Shown: positions 13,842-27,076 of the stretch, in pieces
Layout of the letters: every line of letters begins with the position of its first letter
Numbering within the stretch: the stretch's first letter is position 1
NCBI GenBank assembly: GCA_964016885.1
Contig: OZ024741.1
Location: forward strand, 357,430,001-357,494,000
Reading direction: 5' to 3'
DNA from: Eledone cirrhosa
Taxonomy: Eukaryota
Length of the DNA stretch: 64,000 nucleotides
Translations under genes and position numbers: made by a program
Notes under the pieces: model-generated
The model's database searches: none
Told to the model about the DNA's origin: nothing
Seen by the model: only the letters and a program-made list of their open reading frames with translations

Positions 13842-14967
13842 AATATATATATATATATATATATGTTATTTTAATTTATATATATATATATATATTTAAA
13901 AGAATAGAGGTGTAACACACGAGTTATGATATATTGGTAAAAGGAAAAGAAAATGCTGACAAATTGTTCCCAGTGAAAAATAGTTTAATTAGGAATAAGT
14001 AAAAATTAGTAATAGTATTGGTTAGTATTCAGTTTTGGTTTTAAGTTTTACCGGTTGCGCATTTCTAATGCTTTTCAAAAATAATTTTGAGATAGAGCGC
14101 CCGTGATGTTTGCTCTAATCTGATTAGTTTTGGAAATTCTACCTGTTTTATGTAAAAAAAGTGGCTCCAGATGTATGAAAAAATTCTTGTGGTCAAAACA
14201 ATTTTGATTGGTCGGTAGAGGTCATGTGAATGTTAAAAATTAAAAATTTGCGCCAAAAGTAGGTTTGTCTCGGCTGATTGAGAAGTCACTGAAAAATAAG
14301 TCTTTCAAAACAAATATGTGTGTGTGGGTGTGTGTGTGGGTGTGTGTGTAGTAGTAGTAAAGAGATTCGTTGTTGTGATAATGGTCAGCAGGGATGTGTG
14401 TGCGATCCGCAGCCTGTTGACAGTTCAAATGCCTATTAAGACAAGTGTGTGTGTGTGTGTGTAGCAGAGTAATTCGTGATAGAGGGATGGTCAGTAGGAA
14501 TGTGTCTGTACGTGTGTGGGGGATATTTTAACATGTTAAAAGATATTTTTCAGCTCTTGTCTTATACGGAGAAGTGTGTGTGTGTGTGTGTGTGTGTGTA
14601 TGTCTCTTTGTATGTTAATGTACGCGTGTGTATGTGTGTGTGTATATATATGTGTGTGTATATATATATGTGTGTGTGTGCGTGGGTGGATCAGTATTTT
14701 TGTGATACTGGTAAAAATGGTGTACATTATTCGATATTTTCAGTAAAAACGATTCTCTCAATAGAACATCAAAAACCTTAATAATAAAAGGGGTGAAATG
14801 ATATATAGTATTGGCATAATACCAAGGTGTGTGTGAGTGTCCAGATTGTAAGTACTGCAAGGGGAATCTATTAGGCCTTGCCGTATTGGAATACTTGTGT
14901 ACAAATATGTATGTGCCCATCAGTGTGCAATGCATGTGTGCGTATATGTATGTGTGTGTGTTGGCAC

Positions 14968-15011
<44 letters not shown>

Positions 15012-15081
15012 AAGTATCTTGCTCAAAGAAACAACACATTACCCAGTCCGAGAATTGAACTCACAACCTTTCGATTACAAG

Positions 15082-15142
<61 letters not shown>

Positions 15143-15146
<4 letters not shown>

Positions 15147-18100
15147 TCATCATCATCATCATCATCATTTTACGACCGCTTTTCCCTGCTTGCAAGGGTG
15201 GGACGGGTCTTATTCAGCACAGCATCTCTCCACTCGTCACGGTCCCTCGTCATCTCCACCGTGAGCTTCAATGATCTGAGGTCTGTTCTCACAACCTCCG
15301 CCCATGTTTTTCGTGGTCTACCTCTACCACGTCTTCCTTCAACTGGCATTTCCTGGCACTTCTTCACCCATCGGTCATCCTCCATGCGCATCACATGTCC
15401 ATACCACCTCAGTCTCCTCTCTCGCACACTACATTCTATCCCTCTCAGACACAGTTTCTCTCTCAACACATTTATGCTGGGTCGTTCACGCACATTTACA
15501 CTGCACATCCAACGGAGCATGCTTGCCTCATTTCTCTCCAGCCGTCGCATATCTTCTGCGGTAGCTGCCCATGTCTCACTACCATGCAGCATCGCGCTCC
15601 TCACACAGGCATCATACAACTGGCCTTTCGTACGCAGGGAGAAACCCTTCTTCGTCAACAGAGGAAGCAGCTCCCTAAACTTCTTCCAACCCGTCCTTAT
15701 TCTAGATACTATGGCCTCGGAACACCCTCCTCCCATGCTAATCTGATCTCCTAGGTACCGGAAGCTATCCACCACTTCTATAGCGCCCTCTCGCATTTGA
15801 AAAATGTGTCTATCAGTGCGACTTCTACTGTCTAATTTCCCTGTACATCTACTGCATACATAGTTCTCCCTACCTGTTAGTTTGCCTGCTATCCCGCTAC
15901 ATCTCTTGTGTACCCAGGACCTACATTGTGTGCATTTTATAGAATTTATGCCAGTTCCTTTTCTGCATATCGAACATGGCCATTTCCCTGACGGAATCAG
16001 GGTTTTGTCCTCTTTTCTACTCATCAACACTTTTGTCTTAGCTAGATTTACTCTCAGTCCTCTTGCTTCCAACTGCTGTTTCCATAGCCGGAATTTATTC
16101 TCTAGCTCCTCTACTGATTCTGCCATAAGAGCCAGATCGTCAGCATAGAGAAGTTCCCATGGACAGCCAGTCTTAAACTCCTCTGTTATGGCTTGGAGGA
16201 CTATAATGAACAAGAGCGGGCTGAGGACCGAACCCTGATGTACTCCTACTTGTATCTGGAATTCCTCACTAAACTCCATTCCTACCCTGACTTTACTGAG
16301 AGTACCTCTGTACAAAGTTTGCACTGTCCTTACAAGCCATTCCTCAACACCCAGCTTCCTTAGGGACCACCAGATGACAGATCGGGGTACCCTATCAAAG
16401 GCCTTCTCTAGGTCAACAAAGGCTAAGTATAGTGGCTTATTCTTCTCTAAGAACCTCTCTTGCATTTGTCTCACCAAGAAGAGGGCATCTGTTGTACTCT
16501 TCCCAGGCACAAAACCAAACTGCATCTCATCTAGTTTAACCCTTTCTCTAATTAGTTGTGCTAAAATCCTTTCTGCCACTTTCATAACCTGATCTATCAG
16601 TTTTATACCCCTATAATTGCTCCTCTCCAAAGCATCCCCTTTACCTTTGTAGCAATTTATGAGAATACTGCTGCACCAGTCTTTGGGTATGACACCACCA
16701 TATATAGCCTGATTGATGATGCGTGCAACCAGTTTAGTGCCTACGTCCCCTGATGCCTTCAGCATCTCAGCAACTATTCCCGATGGTCCGGCCGCATTAC
16801 CATTTTTCATTTCCCTAATCGCCTCTTGGACCCTATATTCGTCAATCTCAATAGCTGGTCCCTCTGTCGGATCTACCAAGGGTAATTTCTCTCTCTCCCA
16901 TTCGTTCTCCACATTCATCAGTCTCTCATAATGACATTGCCAGGCCTCCTTTTTCTGGTCATTCGTGACACTAAGTACACCGGCATCATCCCGGACACAT
17001 TTATCACCAACAACATCCTGATTTGCATTGACACACTGCCTTGCAATGTGGAACACCGCACGCCTCTGATCTTCCCGTCGCAGAACATTGGCAAACCTCC
17101 TACTCTCTGCCTCCCTGCGTGCTAAGTACACCTGACGTCTAGCTTCTCTCTTAGTGGCTGTATATTCTTCCCTACTCCCACCCTTATTCCAAGCCTTCCA
17201 TGCTAGTCTATTGTCTCTAATAGCCTTATCTACACTGCTGTTCCACCACCAGGTCACTCTCTGTCTGGTTGGAGCTCTGCTCCAGCCACAGGTTTCATCA
17301 GTAGCCTTCAGCAAGTTGTCACGTAAGAACTTCCAGTTATTATCTATGTCATACGTCTCTAAATCGTCTTCTTTTTCGTCATATACATCTTGAAGGGCTT
17401 TCCTAAATTTGAATTTTAGTGAAAGGTCTTTTAGCTTCCAGACCTTTCTTCTCCACACCTTCCTATATGTCTCATTCCATCTCTTGCTTACTGAGATATC
17501 ACTAACAACTAACCTATGCTGTGGGGTACATTCTTCCCCAGGGTATGCCTTGGTATTAGACACTATCTGCCTGTCCCGCTGCCTAACTAGCAGGAAGTCA
17601 ATCTGGCTTATGTGCTCACCAGATTTGTAGGTTATTAGGTGATTGGCAGGTTTCTGGAAGTTTGTGTTGCAAATAGTCAATGTACTTGCATCACAAAATT
17701 CAAGAAGTCTCACTCCTTCTTCATTTCTTGAACCGTAACCGTGCCCACCATGTACCCCAGTGTAACCATTCTGGAGCTGTCCAACATGACCATTGAAGTC
17801 TCCTGCTAGTATAACGATGTCTCCGTCCTCTGTCATTGTGGTTGTTTGCAAAAGTTGCTCATAAAAGCAGTCTTTCTCATCTTTGCCTAGGCCTGCTTGG
17901 AGAGCATAGACCGAGATGATTGTCAGTAGTCTCCTACCTACAACTAATCTAAGCTTAATTATTCGATTACTAACTCGAACTACCTCTATTGTCTTATTGA
18001 TCCATTTCTCAGCCAGGAAAATGCCTACTCCCCCTAACCCATCATCCTTACCTACCCAGAATAGCTTATAGCTAAGACGCTTGCCTACGACTAGTCTCGC

Positions 18101-18430
18101 AGAGGCACCTCTCCATCTCACCTCTTGCACGCAGCACACATCCACCTGCCTTCTCTCCAGCATCTCCGCTATTTCAGCAGATCTACCTCTGAGAGTGCCA
18201 ACATTAAGTGTTGCAACTCTGAGATGCGACGTCTTCATATTTTTCTATGCTGTTTTGTTGCTGTGCTGATAAGCTTTTTGGCATTGATACACTGGTTGGA
18301 TACCCTTCCTAACACCAGCGCCACTTTACAGCATGGACTGGGTGCTTTTATTTGTGCCACCAGCACTAGAGAGGATGTCTTACTAGACTCAAGGGCCCTC
18401 TCTACCCCTCCATTTTACAGCATGGTCATT
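15143..18430 (-). mobile_element. RTE LINE family B, apparently full length
   Basis: Short 5' UTR with ggtgttaggaagggtatcc motif, intact ORF, (GAT)n tail directly after the stop codon. Confidence 0.92.
15170..18238 (-). CDS. RTE retrotransposon protein: APE endonuclease + reverse transcriptase + PHD-type finger (1022 aa)
   Basis: Uninterrupted ORF with [53 protein letters not shown] and FRYLG motifs. Confidence 0.93.
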   Translation of the reverse strand: MKTSHLRVATLNVGTLRGRSAEIAEMLERRQVDVCCVQEVRWRGASARLVVGKRLSYKLFWVGKDDGLGGVGIFLAEKWINKTIEVVRVSNRIIKLRLVVGRRLLTIISVYALQAGLGKDEKDCFYEQLLQTTTMTEDGDIVILAGDFNGHVGQLQNGYTGVHGGHGYGSRNEEGVRLLEFCDASTLTICNTNFQKPANHLITYKSGEHISQIDFLLVRQRDRQIVSNTKAYPGEECTPQHRLVVSDISVSKRWNETYRKVWRRKVWKLKDLSLKFKFRKALQDVYDEKEDDLETYDIDNNWKFLRDNLLKATDETCGWSRAPTRQRVTWWWNSSVDKAIRDNRLAWKAWNKGGSREEYTATKREARRQVYLARREAESRRFANVLRREDQRRAVFHIARQCVNANQDVVGDKCVRDDAGVLSVTNDQKKEAWQCHYERLMNVENEWEREKLPLVDPTEGPAIEIDEYRVQEAIREMKNGNAAGPSGIVAEMLKASGDVGTKLVARIINQAIYGGVIPKDWCSSILINCYKGKGDALERSNYRGIKLIDQVMKVAERILAQLIRERVKLDEMQFGFVPGKSTTDALFLVRQMQERFLEKNKPLYLAFVDLEKAFDRVPRSVIWWSLRKLGVEEWLVRTVQTLYRGTLSKVRVGMEFSEEFQIQVGVHQGSVLSPLLFIIVLQAITEEFKTGCPWELLYADDLALMAESVEELENKFRLWKQQLEARGLRVNLAKTKVLMSRKEDKTLIPSGKWPCSICRKGTGINSIKCTQCRSWVHKRCSGIAGKLTGRENYVCSRCTGKLDSRSRTDRHIFQMREGAIEVVDSFRYLGDQISMGGGCSEAIVSRIRTGWKKFRELLPLLTKKGFSLRTKGQLYDACVRSAMLHGSETWAATAEDMRRLERNEASMLRWMCSVNVRERPSINVLREKLCLRGIECSVRERRLRWYGHVMRMEDDRWVKKCQEMPVEGRRGRGRPRKTWAEVVRTDLRSLKLTVEMTRDRDEWRDAVLNKTRPTLASREKRS

Positions 18431-18802
18431 AAAAAAAAAAAAAAAAAAAAAAAACTTATTGACACGACTCACACACTAATACTCATGCATACAAACCACA
18501 ACCACACATACCAACACTCATTCATGCATACAATCACGCACACCACTCACAAACATATATATATATACATATATTACCGACAGTACTGATACAAAATCAA
18601 AATCAAAGTCAAAATCGTCAAAATCACTATCATGTCAACTGTTGACCTTTCCCAGTCCAGTTCGGCTTGTATATAATAACAATAACAATAATAATTGTTT
18701 GTTTACGCTGGTAATGGCGGTGGTGGATGTATATATGTATATATATATATATGTATATACACATATATATATATGTGTGTGTATATATATATATGTATAT
18801 AT

Positions 18803-19173
18803 GTCAGTAGGCACCTCTAACAAAAATACACCCCCGTCCCACTACCCCCACCCCATCCACCCCACCCCTTCAATGTGAAGTTATGTTGGTACCACAATAT
18901 CCAGTCCGAAACAAATGAGGTCGTGTAGGTGTCACGACAAAAAAACACACAGTCCATGCTGTAATGTGGCCGTGTAGGTAACACGGTAAAAACCTCCCAG
19001 TCCACACTGTAAACGTGGTTGGTGTTAGGAAGGGCATCCAGCCGTAGAAAACCCGCCAGACAGTCCTATATGAGCAAGACAACCAATCTTGCCTCAAGTG
19101 AGAAAATTCCCATCCAAACCCATGCTCGCGTGGAAGATGGACGTTAAACGATGATGATGATGATGATGATGAT
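18803..19173 (+). mobile_element. RTE family A 3' UTR fragment
   Basis: Reverse complement of 5875-6245; (GAT)n tail. Confidence 0.85.
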
Positions 19174-19235
19174 GGTATATATATATGTATGTATATATAT
19201 ATATATATAGTTTTAATATAGATGAGATTCTACAG

Positions 19236-19274
19236 GACTAGAAATGTTTCATTCATTAGAAATCATCAGGAATC
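19236..19274 (-). ncRNA. Minimal type I hammerhead ribozyme (candidate)
   Basis: gattc-CTGATGA-t-ttc-taat-gaa-t-GAAA-catt-TC-tagtc. Confidence 0.55.
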
Positions 19275-19393
19275 TGGGTATCAAAAAATAAGTATGGTAT
19301 ATATAGGTCTCTACAGGTGGTAGGAGAGGGTGGGGAGTGGGATGGGTGTAGGTCATTGGTTGATAGACTTCATTAAAAGCTAATTTTACAAAG

Positions 19394-19897
19394 CTAAACA
19401 AATTAAATAAGCCAACCACCTCCGAACCCAATCCCCAGACTGGGGCGCTGTGTAATTGCCTAAATAAGGAAGCATGCCCACTTGAAAACAAATGCCTCAC
19501 AAATGATATCGTATACAAATGCGATGTCATCTCAGGCACCGATGATTGCAAAAAAACTTACATCGGCATGACCTCCAACAACTTTAAGACCCGTTGGTAT
19601 GCCCATACCCACTCCTTCAGAGAACCGGACAAATCAAACCAGACAACACTCGCCTCCTATGTTTGGGACCTCAAAAGGAACTCCACTCCCTTCACGCTTA
19701 AATGGAAAATACTCCAGAAAGCGCGCTCTTACAACGGAGGACACAAGGGCTGCGACCTTTGTATCTCAGAGAGCTATGAAATTTTATTCGCCAAGGGCCC
19801 GCTACTGAACAAACTCTCTGAACACTGCCCGAACTGCATGCACAAGAACTTTGCAACTTTCAAACACTTTAAGCCGGTGTTAAAGCCCGATGGCTAA
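19394..19897 (+). pseudogene. Penelope-like (Neptune-type) Cys linker + GIY-YIG endonuclease fragment
   Basis: The frame stays open upstream of the listed ORF: CNCLNKEACPLENKCLTNDIVYKCDV...TYIGMTSNNFKTRWYAH...CDLCISE...LLNK. Confidence 0.85.
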
Positions 19898-20039
19898 AAA
19901 CGACCTCCCCCTATCCCCACCCCTCCTCAACCTGAAATACGGCCACTATGGTTATGTGAGTACCTCTTACCTATCTGCATTTTCTGCCTGTAGAGCTGTT
20001 TTTATGTGCCTGTGTATATGCGTATATTTATTGAGTACT

Positions 20040-20133
20040 TATTTATTTGTTAGTGTATATATTTGTGTGTATGTAGGTATATGTATGTGTATGTATATGT
20101 ATGTGTATGTATGTGTATGTGTGCACATATGTA

Positions 20134-20218
<85 letters not shown>

Positions 20219-20266
20219 TATATATATATATATATATATATGGATATATGTGTATGTATGTGTATG

Positions 20267-20319
<53 letters not shown>

Positions 20320-20551
20320 TTGTATGTGTGTATGTGTATGTGTATGTGTATATATGTGTGTATGCAGGTATGTTTGTGTACATGTGTATATGTGTATGTC
20401 TGTGTATGTATATGTATGTATATATGTGAGTGTGTATATATAAGTGTATTTGTGTATATATATATATATGTATATATATATATGTGTATATATATATATA
20501 TGTATTTATATGTGTATATGTGTGTTTGTATGTGTGTATATATATACACAC

Positions 20552-20585
<34 letters not shown>

Positions 20586-20754
20586 ATTTATATATCTATA
20601 TATATATATGTGTGTGTATGTATGTGTGCGTATGTACACATACATGTGTGTGTGTATGTGTGTATATGTATGTATATATGTATGTATATATGTCTATGTA
20701 TGTGTATGTGTATATGTGTGTATGTGTGTATATATGTATGTGTATATGTATGTG

Positions 20755-20785
<31 letters not shown>

Positions 20786-20886
20786 GTATATATATGTATG
20801 TATGTATATGTATATGTATATATATATGTATATATATGTGTATATATGTGTATATATGTATATATATGTATGTGTGTGTATGTAAA

Positions 20887-20937
<51 letters not shown>

Positions 20938-20990
20938 GTATGTATGTGTGTGTATATATATATGTGTGTGTGTGCGTGTGAGTGTATATA
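20040..20990. repeat. (TA)n/(TG)n compound microsatellite
   Basis: Direct inspection. Confidence 0.95.
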
Positions 20991-22910
20991 TCATCATCAT
21001 CATCATCATCAACGTTTAACGTCCGTGTTCCACGCTTGCATGGGTTTGGACGGGGGTAGTCCCACTTGAGGCAAGAGTGATTGTCTTGCTCGCATAGGAC
21101 TGTCTGGCAGGTTTTCTACAGTTGGATGCCCTTCCTAACACCAACCACATTTACAGTGTGGGTCTGGGAGGTTTTTACCGTGTTGCCTACACGGCCACAT
21201 TACAGCGTGGACTGTGTGTTTTTTTGTCGTGACACCTACACGATCTCATTTGTTTCGGCCTCGATGGCGCGGCACCAACATAACTTTACATAGAACGGGG
21301 TGGTGTGGATGGGGTGGGGGTGGGGGTGGTGGGACGGGGTGTATTTTGTTAGAGATGCCTACTGGCTGGAGTAGGTTTTACTATATATTTAGGTAAGGCG
21401 GGTCTTCTCTGTTACTGAGTACCGCCAAAGGTCTCGGTCCAGTGACATTGTCTTGGAGAGGTGTAAGTGTGTGATGTCGGAGTTTATCAGCTCGTCCCAG
21501 GTTTTTCTAGGTCTGCCTATTCCGTGACTACCGTCTATCTTTATTGCCCTGCACTTTGTTATACAGCTATCGACTTTCATGCGCATCACGTGTCCATACC
21601 AACGTAGCCTTCTCTCGAGTAAACAACATCTGATCCCTCTTATCTCTAATTTTTTCCTTAGTTCGTTTATGCTTTGCCGTTCACGTATATTACTGTTACA
21701 CATCCAGCGGAGCATGCAAGCTTCGTTCCTCTCTAGTCTGCGTATATCCTCTGCACACAATGCCCAGGTCTCACTGCCATGCAGCATTGCTGTTCGTATG
21801 CAGGCATCGTACAACCTGCCTTTCATTTTTAGTGAGAACCCTTTAGCAGCTAATAGTGGTATAAGCTCTCTGAACTTTTTCCAACCAGTTCTGACTCTAG
21901 CTACAGTACTTTCAGAGCACCCTCCCCCACTGCTGATTTTATCGCCCAGGTAACGGAAGCTGTCCACTATTTCTATAGAACCCTCTGCGCAATTGAAAGA
22001 GCTAGTAGTTTGTGGGCACTTGCTGCTACTTATTGCACCAGAGCACCGGCCACATGTAAAATCTATGTTCTTAGTTAGCTTACCTGTGATCCCACTACAT
22101 CTTTTATGCACCCATACTTTGCATTTAGGACATAAAATGGAGTTTCTACCTACGCCTTTCCTACACACCGAGCACGACCATTTCCCAGAAGGGACCGCCG
22201 CCTTGTTTTCTTTCCTACAAACTAGTACTTTGGTCTTAGCCAGGTTAATTTTAAGTCCTTTTGACTCCAGGCCGTGCTTCCATGTTTGGAATTTCTTCTC
22301 TAGCTCGGCCATTGATTCCGCTATGAGTGTCAGGTCGTCTGCGTATAGGAGTTCCCATGGGCAGCCTGTCTTGAACTCCTCTGTTATAGCCTGAAGGGCA
22401 ATAATAAATAGTAGTGGGCTGAGAACAGAGCCCTGATGGACGCCAACTTTTACGCTAAACTCTTCACTATATTCGTTATTAATTCTAACCTTGCTGACTG
22501 TTTCTTTATACATGGCTTGTATAGCCCTCACAAGCCATTCGTCAACGCCTAGTTTTCTAAGAGCCCACCAGATAATGGAGCGGGGGACTCTGTCGAAGGC
22601 TTTCTCCAAGTCGACAAAAGCTAAGTAGAGGGGTTTACCTTTAGCTAGGTACTTCTCCTGTAGTTGTCGTACTATGAAAAGAGCGTCTGTGGTACTTTTG
22701 CCTGACACAAACCCGAACTGCATTTCATCTAGGTCAATTCTCTCTCTGATTAGTTGCGCTATTACTTTTTCCGTGACCTTCATGACCTGGTCGATTAATT
22801 TAATGCCTCTATAGTTACTCCTATCTAGGGCGTCTCCTTTACCCTTATAACAGTTAACGATGATGCTGCTATGCCAGTCCTTCGGAACAACCCCATTCTG
22901 TACGACTTGG

Positions 22911-22913
<3 letters not shown>
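20991..22913 (-). mobile_element. RTE family A, 5'-truncated, RT frame intact
   Basis: Continuous RT to C-terminus (NQVVQNG...EKTRLT), 3' UTR and (GAT)n; 5' end abuts (TA)n. Confidence 0.92.
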
Positions 22914-22949
<36 letters not shown>

Positions 22950-22964
22950 ATATGTGTATATATA

Positions 22965-23040
<76 letters not shown>

Positions 23041-23230
23041 TATACATATATACATATATACATACATATATATATATACACACATATACATATACATATA
23101 TATATATATATATATACATATATATATACACATATATATATATGTATATGTATATGTGTTTATATATATATATATGTATGTATATATGTATATATATGTA
23201 TATATATATGTATATATATGCATATGTGTA

Positions 23231-23281
<51 letters not shown>

Positions 23282-23302
23282 GTATACATATGTGTATATG
23301 TG

Positions 23303-23364
<62 letters not shown>

Positions 23365-23452
23365 TGTGTGTGTGTGTGTGTGTATATGTGTATGTGTGTA
23401 TATACATTTATATTTTATATTGTATGTGTATGTATATATATGTGTATGCGTT

Positions 23453-23493
<41 letters not shown>

Positions 23494-23550
23494 GTATGTG
23501 TGTGTATGTGTATGTGTATGTCTATGTATATATATATGTATATATGTGTA

Positions 23551-26540
23551 TCATCATCATCATCATCATCATCATCGTTTAACGTCCGTGTTCCATGCTT
23601 GCATGGGTTTGGACGGGAGTTTTCCCACTTGAGGCAAGAGTGGTTGTCTTGCTCGCATAGGACTGTCTGGCGGGTTTTCTACAGTTGGATGCCCTTCCTA
23701 ACACCAACCACATTTACAGTGTGGGGCTGGGAGGTTTTTACCGTGTTGTCTACATGGCCACATTACAGCGTGGACTGTCTGGCAGGTTTTCTACAGCTGG
23801 ATGCCCTTCCTAACACCAACCACATTTACAGTGTGGGTCTGGGAGGTTTTTACCGTGTTGCCTACACGGTCACATTACAGCGTGGACTGTGTTTTTTGTC
23901 GTGACACCTACACGATCTCATTTGCTTCGGCCTGGATTTTGTGGCACCAACATAACTTTACATAGAAGGGGGCGGTGTGGATGGGGTGGGGGTGGTGGGA
24001 CGGGGGTGTATTTTGTTAGAGATGCCTACTGACTGTAGTAGGTTTTACTTTGTATTTAGGTAATGCGGGTCTTCTCTATTACTGAGTACCGCCAAAGCTC
24101 TCGGTCCAGTGACATTGTCTTGGAGAGGTGTAAGTGTGTGAGGTCGGAATTTATCAGCTCGTCCCAGGTTTTTCTGGGTCTGCCTACTCCATGGCTACCG
24201 TCTATCTTTATTGCCCTGCACTTTGCAATACAGCTGTCGTCTTTCATGCGCATCACGTGACCATACCAACGTAGCCTTCTCTTGAGTAAACAACATCTGA
24301 TCCCTCTTATTTCTAATTTTTTCCTTAGTTCGTTTATGCTTTGCCGTTCGCGTATATTACTATTACACATCCAGCGGAGCATGCAAGCTTCGTTCCTCTC
24401 TAGTCTGCGTATATCCTCTGCACACAATGCCCAGGTCTCACTGCCATGCAACATTGCTGTTCGTATGCAGGCATCATACAACCTGCCTTTCATTTTTAGG
24501 GAGAACCCTTTAGCGGCTAATAGTGGTATAAGCTCTCTGAACCTTTTCCATCCAGTTCTGACTCTAGCTACTGTACTTTCAGAGCACCCTCCCCCACTGC
24601 TGATTTTGTCACCCAGGTAACGGAAGCTGTCCACTATTTCTATAGAGCCCTCTGAGCAGTTGAAAGAGCTAGTATTTAGTGGGCACTTGCTGCTGCTTAT
24701 TGCACCAGAGCACGGGCCACATGTAAAATATGTGTTCTTAGTTAGCTTACCTGTGATCCCACTACATCTTTTATGCACCCATACTTTGCATTTGGGACAT
24801 AAAATGGAGTTTCCACCTACGCCTTTCCTACACACTGAGCATGGCCATTTCCCAGAAGGGACCGGCGCCTTATTTTCTTTCCTACAAACTAGAACTTTGG
24901 TCTTAGCCATGTTAATTTTAAGGCCTTTTGATTCTAGGCCGAGCTTCCATGTTTGGAATTTCTTCTCTAGCTCGGCCATTGATTCAGCTATGAGCGTTAG
25001 GTCATCTGCGTATAGGAGTTCCCATGGGCAGCCGGTCTTGAACTCCTCTATTATAGCCTGAAGAGCAATAATGAATAGTAGGGGGCTAAGAACAGAGCCC
25101 TGATGGACACCAACTTTTACGCTAAACTCTTCACTCTATTCGTTGTTAATTCTAACCTTGCTGACTGTTTCTTTATACATGGCTTGTATAGCTCTCACAA
25201 GCCATTCGTCAACACCTAGTTTTCTAAGAGCCCACCAGATAATGGAACGGGGGACTCTGTTGAAGGCTTTCTCCAAGTCGACAAAAGCTAAGTATAGGGG
25301 TTTACTTTTAGCTAGGTACTTCTCCTGTAGTTGCCGTACAATGAAAAGAGCGTCTGTGGTACTTTTGCCTGACACAAACCCGAACTGCATTTCATCTAGA
25401 TCGATTCTCTCTCTGATTAGTTGCACTATTACTTTTTCCGTAACCTTCATGACCTGGTCGATTAATTTAATCCCTCTATAGTTACTCCTATCTAGGGCGT
25501 CTCCTTTACCCTTGTAACAGTTAATGATGATGCTGCTACGCCAGTCCTTTGGAACAACCCCATTCTGTATGACTTGGTTTACTATCCGGGTGACCATGGT
25601 GTGTCCCACCGTTCCAGAGGCCTTCAGCATCTCAGCAACTATTTCCGAAGGCCCAGCCGCCTTACCCGTCTTCATATCTTTGATTGCCTTACTTATTATA
25701 CTACCTTCAACTAACACTGCTGGTCCCTCTATTGGATCGATCTGGGGGGAGAATATCCTTCTCCCATTTATTCTCCTCATTTAGTAGCCTTTCGTAGTGA
25801 CACTTCCAAGCTACCTTCTTATCAGCGTCGGTGATGGCAAGTATGCCATCATCGTTAAGTACACACTTCTCCCCGACAATATCAAGGTTTTCCTTGACAC
25901 ATTGCCTGGCAATCCTGAACACCTCACGTTTTTGGTCCTCGCGTTGTAGAACATGCTTAAACTTTCTTTCCTCTGCTTCCCTTCTTGCGAAGTACACTTG
26001 TCTCCTAGCTTCCCTCCTGGCCACTTGATAGTCTTCTCTACTTCCCCCATCCCGCCATATTTTCCAAGCCTGCTTTTTGGCCTTAATCGACTCCTCCACC
26101 TTACTGTTCCACCACCATGTTACTCTCCTCCTGCTTATAGGCCTGCTTCGGCCACAGACTTCGTCTGCCGCCATCAGCAGGTTTGCTTTCAGGAATTCCC
26201 ACTGTCCCTCTATATTGTCCGACTCTAAATGCTCTTCCTTACTGTCGAAAGCATCAAGTAATATGCTTTGAAATTTATTTCTGGCTGTGGGGTTCTTCAG
26301 CTTCCATATTTTTCTCTTGAGGATAGTCCTCTTCTGCTGTCGAGTACGTCTCGTCCTGACTATGAGGTCGCTAATTATCAGTCTATGTTGGGAGGTGCAT
26401 TCTTCATTGGGGAGGGATTTAGTGTTTACAACAGTCACTCTGTCACGTCTTCTGGTAAGGATATAATCTACCTGGCTGGTATGTTCCCCTGATCTGTAGG
26501 TGATCAAGTGATTGTCTCGTTTTTTGAAGTTAGTGTTGGC
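23551..26540 (-). mobile_element. RTE family A, 5'-truncated, disrupted
   Basis: APE C-terminus, RT and C-terminal ORFs; 3' UTR contains an internal duplication. Confidence 0.92.
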
Positions 26541-26588
26541 TTTCTATAATTCTGTTCTGTCTCACCGTTGTTCTAAAAATAATATATG

Positions 26589-26621
<33 letters not shown>

Positions 26622-26658
26622 GTGTATATATATATGTATATATATGTGTATATATATG

Positions 26659-26690
<32 letters not shown>

Positions 26691-26724
26691 CGTATATATA
26701 AGTGTGTGTGTGTGTATATGTATA

Positions 26725-26811
<87 letters not shown>

Positions 26812-27076
26812 ATATATATGTGTGTGTATGTATGTGTGTATGTATATGTGTGTGTATGTGTATGTATATGTGTGTGTGTATGTATATATATATATATATA
26901 TATATAGATATAGATAGGTAAATATACACGGGTGTGAATGATTGTGTATAGAAGATTATATTAATAAGAGGAATTCCAACTTTGTCTGATTTACTCGTTT
27001 TATTTACAATCCTTTAAAATATATAATGATATTATAATGAAATAGTATGATAGAATATTAAATTCTAAGTGTTAAT

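Larger units (their letters stand above)
19210..20040 (+). mobile_element. Penelope-like element, 5'-truncated, with an inverted terminal segment
   Basis: Inverted hammerhead-bearing segment 19210-19393 fused to a GIY-YIG coding fragment, then a tail containing tattgagtac; TA-rich flanks. Confidence 0.8.

Noticed and set aside
19890-23904. YI/VC-rich ORFs and N-terminal YIYI extensions on RT ORFs
   Set aside because: (TA)n/(TG)n read-through; not real protein sequence.
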